Part shown: positions 30,301-42,103 of the stretch, in pieces
Layout of the letters: each line of letters opens with the position of its first letter
Position numbering within the stretch: position 1 is the stretch's first letter
NCBI GenBank assembly: GCA_965655095.1
Contig: OZ296648.1
Span: forward strand, 110,236,001 to 110,300,000
From: Haplodiscus bocki
Taxonomy: Eukaryota
Length of the DNA stretch: 64,000 nt
Direction of reading: 5' to 3'
Position numbers and translations under genes: made by a program
Notes under the pieces: generated by a model
What the model saw: the letters and a program-made list of their open reading frames with translations, nothing else
Database searches by the model: none
What the model was told of the DNA's origin: nothing

Positions 30301-33300
30301 CTAGCCAAAAAAAAACCAGAGCTGCAAAGACTTTTTCTCAAAAATATGCACTTTCACAAGAATGAAAGCAGTTTATCTTCATCAATAAAAACTTTCAAAT
30401 ACCGATTCTTGCACATCCCGTCATTTGCCTCTTGAGGCTTCATCAAATTCAAGCGTTTGGAAGTGCATCAGAAAAGACCAGTGTCGTGATGCATTCATTA
30501 CAGGAAAACTAAATTCAAATAGCGCAATTCACAGCCAAAATTGTCCTGACCGTGTTGTTTCTGTGGTAATGCATTTATTATTGACAAGAACAGATTCGCA
30601 AGGATTTGAAAACGGCAGTTTACTCAGAAGTTGAAAATCACAAGTCATTCAGCATGTTTCCAATGCTACGCATCTAATGTTCACTCCACATCTGGCACCT
30701 CTGTTTTCACAGGCCATATGTGGACTGTACCACTGGTGTACAACAGGGAAATCAAACTGATTGGTGCGTCGTTTACAACTTCTGACAGATCTGCCACTTT
30801 CAAGTCCCCACGAATCGATGCAAGTCAGTGACAAAAGCACCAAAACCGTAGATATCTGCTGCGGGTGAAATTGGCCAACCATGGCAATTTTTCCATTGGC
30901 GTAATCGAAGTTTAGCACAACTTACATGCGAAAAACGGAACAGTCGTAACATGTTTCAATTGGCAATGCTGCTACGAAGATCTTTATAATTTACGAATTC
31001 AAACGTCTATCTTCCTTCTAGCCTTTATCTTTAAAACAACTTTGCATTGTTTCAACCTGTAATTGTACCAAATGTTTTTACTAATCGTTTCAATTTTTCT
31101 AGTTCTGTCTCACGTTCGAAGAACTGAATTGTCGTCAGGAAAATGAATCCACTTTTCAGATAGACTTCTGATCTCATCAAAAAGAACCACGAACTAACTA
31201 CGCAAAATCGAGTTGAGAGCAGGATTTCTAATAGTGTCATTGAATGAAACGCGAAATACGAATCCAAGATCCGACATACCCATTGGCTGGTTTTTCTTGA
31301 TGGTAGGCATGTGAACATTCCGACGATCTACCACCATAAAGATGGGAATCTCTACACCAGATCACACATCAAGGTACGTAATTTCAGGCTGGATGTTAAA
31401 TGGAATTGTAGACTGGAGGCGGAAAGTTTTCAACTACTCATCGTCTATACTACAATTTTTTCTTTCCACCACGCAAACACCGCGTCGTTGGCACACTTGG
31501 TGAGGCTGAGTGGCAGTGAAACAAATCTCTTGATAACTTTTCTTCCTTTCTTTTTCCTTTTTCGCATCGCCCACTCTTCGCTCATCCTTCGACGATCCCA
31601 ATTACAGGAAACAGGTACAGGTAACTGACCCAAAATTTCATTTGTAGGTTGTCAATCGCCTGCTGTTTTCCATTCCAAAGCTTCTAAAACTTTCAAAGTC
31701 GAAAACGCTCCAGAATATCCTACGCTTTAAAAGCTCGATGCATTAAGACTTTTTTACTGAATGCGTCCAAGATTTTCCCAAATTGATGTGGCAATTTGAA
31801 CAATTCCATTACTTTCACAAATGTAAAATCGTAGATGTTAATGCCTACTTCAGGAACTTTTACAAAAGTTCCCGTTACACCATTTTCACGGTATGTAGCG
31901 TACACTAGCGAAAAAAAACCAGAGCTGCAAAGACTTTTTCTCAAAAATATGCACTTTCACAAAAATGAAAGCAGTTTATCTTCATCAATAAAAACTTTCA
32001 AAAACCGATTCTTGCACATCCCGTCATTTGCCTCTTGAGGCTTCATCAAATTCAAGCGTTTGGAAGTGCATCAGAAAAGACCAGTGTCGTGATGCATTTA
32101 TTACAGGAAAACTAAATTCAAATAGCGCAATTCAAAGCCAAAATTGTCCTGACCGTGTTGTTTCTGTGGTAATGCATTTATTATTGACAAGAACAGATTC
32201 GCAAGGATTTGAAAACGGCAGTTTACTCAGAAGTTGAAAATCACAAGTCATTCAGCATGTTTCCAATGCTACGCATCTAATGTTCAATCCACATCTGGCA
32301 CCTCTGTTTTCACAGGCCATATGTGGACTGTACCACTGGTGTACAACAGGGAAATCAAACTGATTGGTGCGTCGTTTATAACTGACAGATCTGCCACTTT
32401 CAAGTCCCCACGAATCGATGCAAGTCAGTGACAAAAGCACAACCGTAGGTATCTGCTGCGGGTGAAATTGGCCAACCATGGCAATTTTTCCATTGGCGTA
32501 ATCGAAGTTTAGCACAACTTACATGCGAAAAACGGAACAGTCGTAACATGTTTCAATTGGCAATGCTGCTACGAAGATCTTTATAATTTACGAATTCAAA
32601 CGTCTATCTTCCTTCTAGCCTTTATCTTTAAAACAACTTTGCATTGTTTCAACCTGTAATTGTACCAAATGTTTTTACTAATCGTTTCAATTTTTCTAGT
32701 TCTGTCTCACGTTCGAAGAACTGAATTGTCGTCAGGAAAATGAATCCACTTTTCAGATAGACTTCTGATCTCATCAAAAAGAACCACGAACTAACTACGC
32801 AAAAACGAGTTGAGAGCAGGATTTCTAATAGTGTCATTGAATGAAACGCGAAATATGAATCCAAGATCCGACATACCCATTGGCTGGTTTTTCTTGATGG
32901 TAGGCATGTGAACATTCCGACGACCGACCACCATAAAGATGGGAATCTCTACACCAGATCACGCATCAAGGTACGTAATTTCAGGCTGGATGTTAAATGG
33001 AATTGTAGACTGGAGGCGGAAAGTTTTCAACTACTCATCGTCTATACTACAATTTTTTCTTTCCACCACGCAAACACCGCGTCGTTGGCACACTTGGTGA
33101 GGCTGAGTGGCAGTGAAACAATTCTCTTGATAACTTTTCTTCCTTTCTATTTCCTTTTTCGCTTCACCCACTCTTCGCTCATCCTTCGACGATCCCAATG
33201 ACAGGAAACAGGTACAAGTAACTGACCCAAAATTTCATTTGTAGGTTGTCAATTCGCCTACTGTTTTCCATTCCAAAGCTTCTAAAACTTTCAAACTCGA

Positions 33301-36300
33301 ACACGCTCCAGAATATCCTATGCTTTAAAAGCTCGATGCATTAAGACTTTTTCACTGAATGCGTTCAAGATCAATTTTTTCCCAAATTGGTGTGGCAAAT
33401 TAAACAATTCCATTTTTTTTTCACAAATGTAAAATCGTAGTTGTTAATGCCTACTTTAGGAACTTGTACAAAAGTTCCCGTTACACCATTTTCACGGTAT
33501 GTAGCGTACACTAGCGAAAAAAAATCAGAGCTGCAAAGACTTTTTCTCAAAAATATGCACTTTCACAAGAATGAAAGCAGTTTAGCTTCATCAATAAAAA
33601 CTTTCAAATACCGATTCTTGCACATCCCGTCATTTGCCTCTTGAGGCTTCATCAAATTCAAGCGTTTGGAAGTGCATCAGAAAAGACCAGTGTCGTGAGG
33701 CATTTATTACAGGAAAACTAAATTCAAATGGCGCAATTCACAGCCAAAATTGTCCGGACCGTGTTGTTTCTGTGGTAGTGCATTTATTACTGACAAGAAC
33801 AGATTCGCAAGGATTTGAAAACGGCAGTTTACTCAGAAGTTGAAAATCACAAGTCATTCAGCATGTTTTCAATGCTACGCATCTAATGTTCGCTCCACAT
33901 CTGGCACTTCTGTTTTCACAGGCCATATGTGGACTGTACCACTGGTGTAGAACAGGGAAATCAAACTGATTGGTGCGTCGTTTACAACTTCTGACAGATC
34001 TGCCACCTTCAAGTCCCCACGAATCGATGCAAGTCAGTGACAAAAGCACCACAACCGTAGATATCTGCTGCGGGTGAAATTGGCCAACCATGGCAATTTT
34101 TCCATTGGCGTAACCGAAGTTTAGCACAACTTACATGCGAAAAACGGAACGGTCGTAACATGTTTCAATTGGCAATGTTGCTGCGAGCATCTTCCAAAAT
34201 TTACCAATTCAAACGTCTCTCTTCCTTCTAGCCTTTATTTTTACAACAACTTTGCATTGTTTCAACCTGTAATTGTACCAAATGTTTTTACTAATCGTTT
34301 CAATTTTTCTAGTTCTGTCTCACAGTCGAAGAATTGAATTTTCCTCCGGAAAATGAATCCACTTTTCCGATAGACTTCTGATCTCATCAAAAAGAACCAC
34401 GAACTAACTACGCAAAATCGAGTTGAGAGCAGGATTTCTAAAAGTGTCAGCTTCATTGAACGAAACGCGAAATACGAATCCAAGATCCGAAATACCAATT
34501 GGCTGGTTTTTCTTGATGGTAGGCATGTGAACATTCCGACGACCGACCACCATAAAGATGGGAATCTCTACACCAGATCACACATCAAGGTACGTAATTT
34601 CAGGCTGGATGTTAAATGGAATTGTAGACTGGAGGCGGAAAGTTTTCAACTACTCATCGTCTATACTACAATTTTTTCTTTCCACCACGCAAACACCGCG
34701 TCGTTGGCACACTTGGTGAGGCTGAGTGGCAGTGAAACAATTCTCTTGATAACTTTTCTTCCCTTCTATTTCCTTTTTCGCTTCGGCCACTCTTCGCTCA
34801 TCCTTCGACGATCCCAATTACAGGAAACAGGTACAAGTAACTGACCCAAAACTTCATTTTAGGTTGTCAATTCGCCTACTGTTTTCCATTCCAAAGCTTC
34901 TAAAACTCTCAAAGTCGAAAACGCTCCAGAATATCCTACGCTTTAAACGCTCGATGCATTAAGACTTTTTCACTGAATGCGTTCAAGATCAACTTTTTCC
35001 CAAATTGGTGTGGCAATTTGAACAATTCCATTTTTTTCACAAATGTAAAATCGTAGATGTTAATGCCTACTTCAGGAACTTTTACAAAAGTTCCCGTTAC
35101 ACCATTTTCACGGTATGTAGCGTACACTAGCGAAAAAAAACAGAGCTGCAAAGACTTTCTCAAAAATATGCACTTTCACAAGAATGAAAGCAGTTTATCT
35201 TCATCAATAAAAACTTTCCAATACCGATTCTTGCACATCCCGTCATTTGCCTCTTGAGGCTTCATCGAATTCAAGCGTTTGAAAGTGCATCAGGAAAGAC
35301 CAGTGTGGTGATGCATTTATTACAGGAAAACTAAATTCAAATAGCGCAATTCACAGCCAAAATTGTCCTGACCGTGTTGTTTCTGTGGTAGTGCATTTAT
35401 TATTGACAAGAACAGATTCGCAAGGATTTGAAAACAGCAGTTTACTCAGAAGTTGAAAATCACAAGTCATTCAGCATGTTTTCAATGCTACGCATCTAAT
35501 GTTCACTCCACATCTGGCACCTCTGTTTTCACAGGCCATATGTGGACTGTACCGCTGGTGTACAACAGGGAAACCAAACTGATTGGTGCGTCGTTTACAA
35601 CTACTGACAAATCTGCCACTTTCAAGTCCCCACGAATCGATGCAAGTCAGTGACAAAAGCACTACAACCGTAGATATCTGCTGCGGGTGAAATTGGCCAA
35701 CCATGGCAATTTTTCCATTGGCGTAATCGAAGTTTAGCGCGAATTACATGCGAAAAACGGAACGGTCGTAACATGTTTCAATTGGCAATGTTGCTGCGAG
35801 CATCTTCCAAAATTTACCAATTCAAACGTCTCTCTTCCTTCTAGCCTTTATTTTTACAACAACTTTGCATTGTTTCAACCTGTAATTGTACCAAATGTTT
35901 TTACTAATCGTTTCAATTTTTCTAGTTCTGTCTCACAGTCGAAGAATTGAATTTTCCTCCGGAAAATGAATCCACTTTTCCGATAGACTTCTGATCTCAT
36001 CGAAAAGAACCACGAACTAACTACGCAAAATCGAGTTGAGAGCAGGATTTCTAAAAGTGTCAGCTTCATTGAATGAAACGCGAAATACGAATCCAAGATC
36101 CGAAATTGGCTGGTTTTTCTTGATTGTAGGCATGTGAACATTCCGACGACCTACCACCATAAAGATGGGAATCTCTACACCAGATCACACATCAAGGTAC
36201 GTAACTTCAGGCTGTATGTTAAATGGAATTGTAGACTGGGGGCGGAAAGTTTTCAACTACTCATCGTCTACACTACAATTTTTTCTTTGCACCACGCAAA

Positions 36301-39300
36301 CGCCGCGTCGTGGGAACACTTGGTGAGGCTGAGTGGCAGTTAAACAATTCTCTTGATAACTTTTCTTAATTTCTATTTCCTTTTTCGCTTCACCCACTCT
36401 TCGCTCATCCTTCGACGATCCCAATTACAGGAAACAGGTACAAGTAACTGACCCAAAATTTCATTTGTAGGTTGTCAATTCGCCTATTGTTTTCCATTCC
36501 AAAGCTTCTAAAACTTTCAAAGTCGAAAACGCTCCAGAATATCCTACGCTTTAAAAGCTCGATGCATTAAGACTTTTTTACTGAATGCGTCCAAGATTTT
36601 CCCAAATTGATGTGGCAATTTGAACAATTCCATTATTTTCACAAATGTAAAATCGTAGATGTTAATGCCTACTTCAGGAACTTATACAAAAGTTCCCGTT
36701 ACACCATTTTCACGGTATGTAGCGTACGCTAGCGAAAAAAAACCAGAGCTGCAAAGACTTTTTCTCAAAACTATTCACTTTCACAAGAATGAAAGCAGTT
36801 TATCTTCATCAATAAAAACTTTCAAATACCGATTCTTGCACATCCCGTCATTTGCCTCTTGAGGCTTCATCGAATTCAAGCGTTTGGAAGTGCATCAGAA
36901 AAGACCAGTGTCGTGATGCATTTATTACAGGAAAACTAAATTCAAATAGCGCAAATCACAGCCAAAATTGTCCTGACCGTGTTGTTTCTGTGGTAGTGCA
37001 TTTATTATTGACAAGAACAGATTCGCAAGGATTTGAAAACGGAAGTTTACTCAGAAGTTGAAAATCACAAGTCATTCAGCATGTTTTCAATGCTACGCAT
37101 TTAATGTTCACTCAACATCTGGCACCTCTGTTTTCACAGGCCATATGTGGACTGTACCACTGGTGTACAACAGGGAAATCAAACTGATTGGTGCGTCGTT
37201 TACAACTTCTGACAGATCTGCCACTTTCAAGTCCCCACGAATCGATGCAAGTCAGTGACAAAAGCACCACAACCGTAGATATCTGCTGCGGGTGAAATTG
37301 GCCAACCATGGCAATTTTTCCATTGGCGTAATCGAAGTTTAGCACAACTTACATGCGAAAAACGGAACAGTCGTAACATGTTTCAATTGGCAATGCTGCT
37401 ACGAGGATCTTTATAATTTACGAACTCAAACGTCTATCTTCCTTCTAGCCTTTATCTTTAAAACAACTTTGCATTGTTTCAACCTGTAATTGTACCAAAT
37501 GTTTTTACTAATCGTTTCAATTTTTCTAGTTCTGTCTCACAGTCGAAGAATTGAATTTTCCTCCGGAAAATGAATCCACTTTTCCGATAGACTTCTGATC
37601 TCATCAAAAAGAACCACGAACTAACTACGCAAAATCAAGTTGAGAGCAGGATTTCTAAAAGTGTCAGCTTCATTGAATGAAACGCGAAATACGAATCCAA
37701 GATTCGAAATACTCATTGGTTGGTTTTTCTTGATTGTAGGCATGTGAACATTCCGACGACCTACCACCATAAAGATGGGAATCTCTACACCAGATCACAC
37801 ATCAAGGTACGTAAGTTCAGGCTGGATGTTAAATGGAATTGTAGACTGGGGGCGGAAAGTTTTCGACTACTCATCGTCTATACTACAATTTTTTCTTTGC
37901 ACCACGCAAACGCCGCGTCGTGGGAACACTTGGTGAGGCTGAGTGTCAGTTAAACAATTCTCTTGATAACTTTCCTTACTTTCTATTTCCTTTTTCACTT
38001 CACCCATTCTTCGCTCATCCTTCGACGATCCCAATTACAGGAAACAGGTACAAGTAACTGACCCAAAATTTCATTTGTAGGTTGTCAATCGCCTACTGTT
38101 TTCCATTCCAAAGCTTCTAAAACTCTCAAAGTCGAAAACGCTCCAGAATATCCTACGCTCTAACTGCTCGATGCATGAAGACTTTTTTTCTGAATGCGTT
38201 CAAGATTTTCCCAAATTGATGTGGCAATTTGAACAATTCCATTTTTTTCACAAATGTAAAATCGTAGATGTTAATGCCTACTTCAGGAACTTTTACAAAA
38301 GTTCCCGTTACACCATTTTCACGGTATGTAGCGTACACTAGCGAAAAAAAACCAGAGCTGCAAAGACTTTTTCTCAAAAATATGCACTTTCACAAGAATG
38401 AAAGCAGTTTATCTTCATCAATAAAAACTTTCAAATACCGATTTTTGCACATCCCGTCATTTGCCTCTTGAGGCTTCATGAAATTCAAGCGTTTGGAAGT
38501 GCATCAGAAAAGACCAGTGTCGTGATGCATTTATTACAGGAAAACTAAATTCAAATAGCGCAATTCACAGCCAAAGTTGTCCTGACCGTGTTGTTTCTGT
38601 GGTAGTGCATTTATTATTGACAAGAACAGATTCGCAAGGATTTGAAAACGGCAGTTTACTCAGAAGTTGAAAATCACATGTCATTCAGCATGTTTTCAAT
38701 GCTACGCATTTAATGTTCACTCCACATCTGGCACCTGTTTTCACAGGCCATATGTGGACTGTACCGCTGGTGTACAACAGGGAAACCAAACTGATTGGTG
38801 CGTCGTTTACAACTACTGACAGATCTGCCACTTTCAAGTCCCCACGAATCGATGCAAGTCAGTGACAAAAGCACCACAACCGTAGATATCTGCTGCGGGT
38901 GAAATTGGCCAACCATGGCAATTTTTCCATTGGCGTAATCGAAGTTTAGCACAACTTACATGCGAAAAACGGAACGGTCGTAACATGTTTCAATTGGCAA
39001 TGTTGCTGCGAGCATCTTCCAAAATTTACCAATTCAAACGTCTCTCTTCCTTCTAGCCTTTATTTTTACAACAACTCTGCATTGTTTCAACCTGTAATTG
39101 TACCAAATGTTTCTACTAATCGTTTCAATTTTTCTAGTTCTGTCTCACAGTCGAAGAATTGAATTTTCCTCCGGAAAATGAATCCACTTTTCCGATAGAC
39201 TTCTGATCTCATCAAAAAGAACCACGAACTAACTACGCAAAATCGAGTTGAGAGCAGGATTTCTAAAAGTGTCAGCTTCATTGAATGAAACGCGAAATAC

Positions 39301-41330
39301 GAATCCAAGATCCGAAATACCCATTGGCTGGTTTTTCTTGATGGTAGGCATGTGAACATTCCGACGACCTACCACCATAAAGATGGGAATCTCTACACCA
39401 GATCACAAATCAAGGTACGTAATTTCAGGCTGGATGTTAAATGGAATTGTAGACTGGAGGCGGAAAAATTTCAACTACTCATCGTCTATACTACAATTTT
39501 TTCTTTCCACCACGCAAACACCGCGTCGTTGGCACACTTGGTGAGGCTGAGTGGCAGTGAAACAATTCTCTTGATAACTTTTCCTTTCTATTTCCTTTTT
39601 CGCTTCGCCCACTCTTCGCTCATCCTTCGACGATCCCAATTACAGGAAACAGGTACAAGTAACTGACCCAAAACTTCATTTTAGGTTGTCAATTCGCCTA
39701 CTGTTTTCCAATCCAAAGCTTCTAAAACTTTCAAAGTCGAAAACGCTCCAGAATATCCTACGCTTTAAAAGCTCGATGCATTAAGACTTTTTTTACTGAA
39801 TGCGTTCAAGATCAACTTTTTCCCAAATTGGTGTGGCAATTTGAACAATTCCATTTTTTTCACAAATGTAAAATCGTAGTTGTTAATGCCTACTTTAGGA
39901 ACTTGTACAAAAGTTCCCGTTACACCATTTTCACGGTATGTAGCGTACACTAGCGAAAAAAACCAGAGCTGCAAAGACTTTTTCTCAAAAATATGCACTT
40001 TCACAAGAATGAAAGCAGTTTATCTTCATCAATAAAAACTTTCAAATACCGATTCTTGCACATCCCGTCATTGGCATCTTGAGGCTTCATCAAATTCAAG
40101 CGTTTGGAAGTGCATCAGGAAAGACCAGTGTCGTAATGCATTTACTACAGGAAAACTAAATTCAAATAGCGCAACTCACAGCCAAAATTGTCCTGACCGT
40201 GTTGTTTCTGTGGTAGTGCATTTATTATTGACAAGAACAGATTCGCAAGGATTTGAAAACGGCAGTTTACTAAGAACTTGAAAATCACAAGTCATTCAGC
40301 ATGTTTTCAGTGCTACGCATCTAATGTTCACTCCACATCTGGCACCTCTGTTTTCACAGGCCATATGTGGACTGTACCGCTGGTGTACAACAGGGAAATC
40401 AAACTGATTGGTGCGTCGTTTACAACTTCTGACAGATCTGCCACTTTCAAGTCCCCACGAATCGATGCAAGTCAGTGACAAAAGCACCACAACCGTAGAT
40501 ATCTGCTGATGGTGAAATTGGCCAACCATGCCCATTTTTCCATTGGCGTAATCGAAGTTTAGCACAACTTACATGCGAAAAACGGAACGGTCGTAACATG
40601 TTTCAATTGGCAATGCTGCTACGAAGTTCTTTATAATTTACGAATTCAAACGTCTATCTTCCTTCTAGCCTTTATCTTTAAAACAACTTTGCATTGTTTC
40701 AACCTGTAATTGTACCCAATGTTTTTACTAATCGTTTCAATTTTTCTAGTTGTCTCACATTCCGACGACCTACCACCATAAAGATGGGAATCTCTACACC
40801 AGATCACACATCAAGCTACGTAACTTCAGGCTGGATGTTAAATGGAATTGTAGACTGGAGGTGGAAAGTTTTCAATTAAGGTTAGTCACATCATTGCTTT
40901 TAGAAAGGCGATTGTGTTACGGTCAAATTGTGAGATCGAGTCCGCGTGAGCGAAGAGGGACTTGTGATATCAGTTGGTTGGAACAACCATGTGCAGAGAT
41001 GCCTCGACGATATGAGCTGTTGAGGACAACTGTTGAGACTGTTTTCTTCCCGTGTGTTCGACAAAGAAGCAGTCATACGTGAAACTTACTCGCCATAAAC
41101 CGAAATTGATGAGGCAATCAATTGTGACGAGAACCAAATAATGAATTTTTTTTGGGAGATGATATTTCTCTTCAAATTACTTCTTCCTGACTATAGAGTA
41201 GCACTTGATTCAAAATGTCCCCAATGTTTTTCCTGTGGCTGCTAGAATTGAAGCTTTTTGTTCAGGAAATTGATAGTGCTCCATACCTTTGCAGGCAACA
41301 GTCATCGTCGGAGAATGTCACTAAGAAAGT
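3363..41330 (-). pseudogene. Unidentified decayed coding sequence (~3 kb single-copy equivalent) whose central 1.6 kb is the amplified array unit
   Basis: Stop-interrupted, protein-like minus-strand frames cross both array borders (right: ...FAHADSISQFDRNTIAFLKAMM*LTLIENFPPPVYNSI; left: ...VFAWCKEKLVV*TWSSSVLKRNRTKYCNCRAFCRIEVP). They also occur inside the unit (KLPWLANFTRSRYLRLW; DLKVADLSEVVNDAPISLISLLYTSGTVHIWPV; LKVLEALEWKTVGELT). No family was recognised. Confidence 0.35.
4179..40875. repeat. Macrosatellite: 23 head-to-tail copies of a ~1.6-kb unit (mostly 1603 bp; last unit internally deleted)
   Basis: The same sequence and ORF set recurs at ~1603-bp spacing (the MPLEAS position falls at 4778, 6382, 7985 ... 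36852, ~38461, ~40072 = 23 copies). The unit junction is ...ggaaagttttcaa|ctactcatcg.... The array starts at ctactc (4179) and ends at ttttcaa (40875). Confidence 0.99.
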
Positions 41331-41497
41331 CACAAAGCAAAAAAATTAGGACCGTCGGGTGTTGAAAATGTTCAGCTGAGCGTGGATGTTCCGAATCTGA
41401 GACGTTTGCGAGAGCAAGGAACACAACGATAGGTTATCTCTTTTCGTTTTTAGTTCAATTTTAACGTACTTCAGCTTACCTATCTGCAATATTTACC

Positions 41498-42103
41498 TTG
41501 TTTTTCACCTTGAAAATCGTCTTTTTTTTGCACACTGTTGCTCTCCAGAAAGTGATAAGTCTAATATCAATTGCTCACATTTCCACTAGCTGTACTACAA
41601 AACCTGCCGTCGTTAACCCCTTTGATGTCCAAAACGTAATTAAGCTCGATGCACCGACGATGGAGGTTTATGCAAGAAACGTCACCAGTCGTCTTTGAAT
41701 ACCTGAGGACCTGGTTCTCACCTACCATGAAGATCTCGGAAGACGCTGTTATGACTAAGTACGACCACCGCCGTTCACTTGCTTACGCTGAAGGCAGAGC
41801 AAGCTTCAACAAACGGGGAAATGGAATAACACAGACCAGGAATACAAAATCACATGCAATCCAGCTCCTAAGACCAGGAAAACTGATAGCTTCATTGTAA
41901 CGCCAAGCCCCCATTGGTTCGGGCAGATTATACATGAGGGTGATTCAAACCTGCCTAAGTTTCCCGAAAAACACGGTTTTGACTACAAGGATACCAATCC
42001 TTCATTCAACCCCGTTCTTTTGCTTCCTAGTATCTCTATTCTGGTAGTTTTTCTGGTAAATTCCATACAGTTCAGGCATGTACTCGGATCTAATTTGACG
42101 TGA
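41498..42103 (+). pseudogene. Possible decayed gene for a small secreted/membrane-anchored protein
   Basis: One frame with only 3 internal stops runs from a hydrophobic N-terminus (FFTLKIVFFLHTVAL) through a Cys/Trp-containing middle (RCYD*VRPPPFTC...GKWNN...ITC) to a hydrophobic C-terminus (PVLLLPSISILVVFLV). Family not established. Confidence 0.25.

Noticed and set aside
4179-40875. Array as a 5S rRNA, snRNA, SL-RNA or histone gene cluster
   Set aside because: Unit size fits, but I found no 5S, U1, U2, U5, U6 or histone sequence. AATTTTGG Sm-like words, an AAG|GTACGT donor-like site and a 6-bp hairpin (gtaggc..gcctac, broken in several units) do not form a coherent RNA gene on one strand. 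An Infernal/Rfam scan would be the decisive test.
4179-40875. CRISPR array or a purely artefactual assembly repeat
   Set aside because: There is no short repeat/unique spacer structure and no cas genes. Units carry structured, shared multi-SNP variants, unlike a duplicated contig, although copy number still needs read support.
4050-41082. The many recurring 60-105-aa ORFs in the array as a multigene family
   Set aside because: They overlap on both strands, many start at TTG/GTG, they are opened and closed at random by homopolymer indels and SNPs between units, and they match no family I know.
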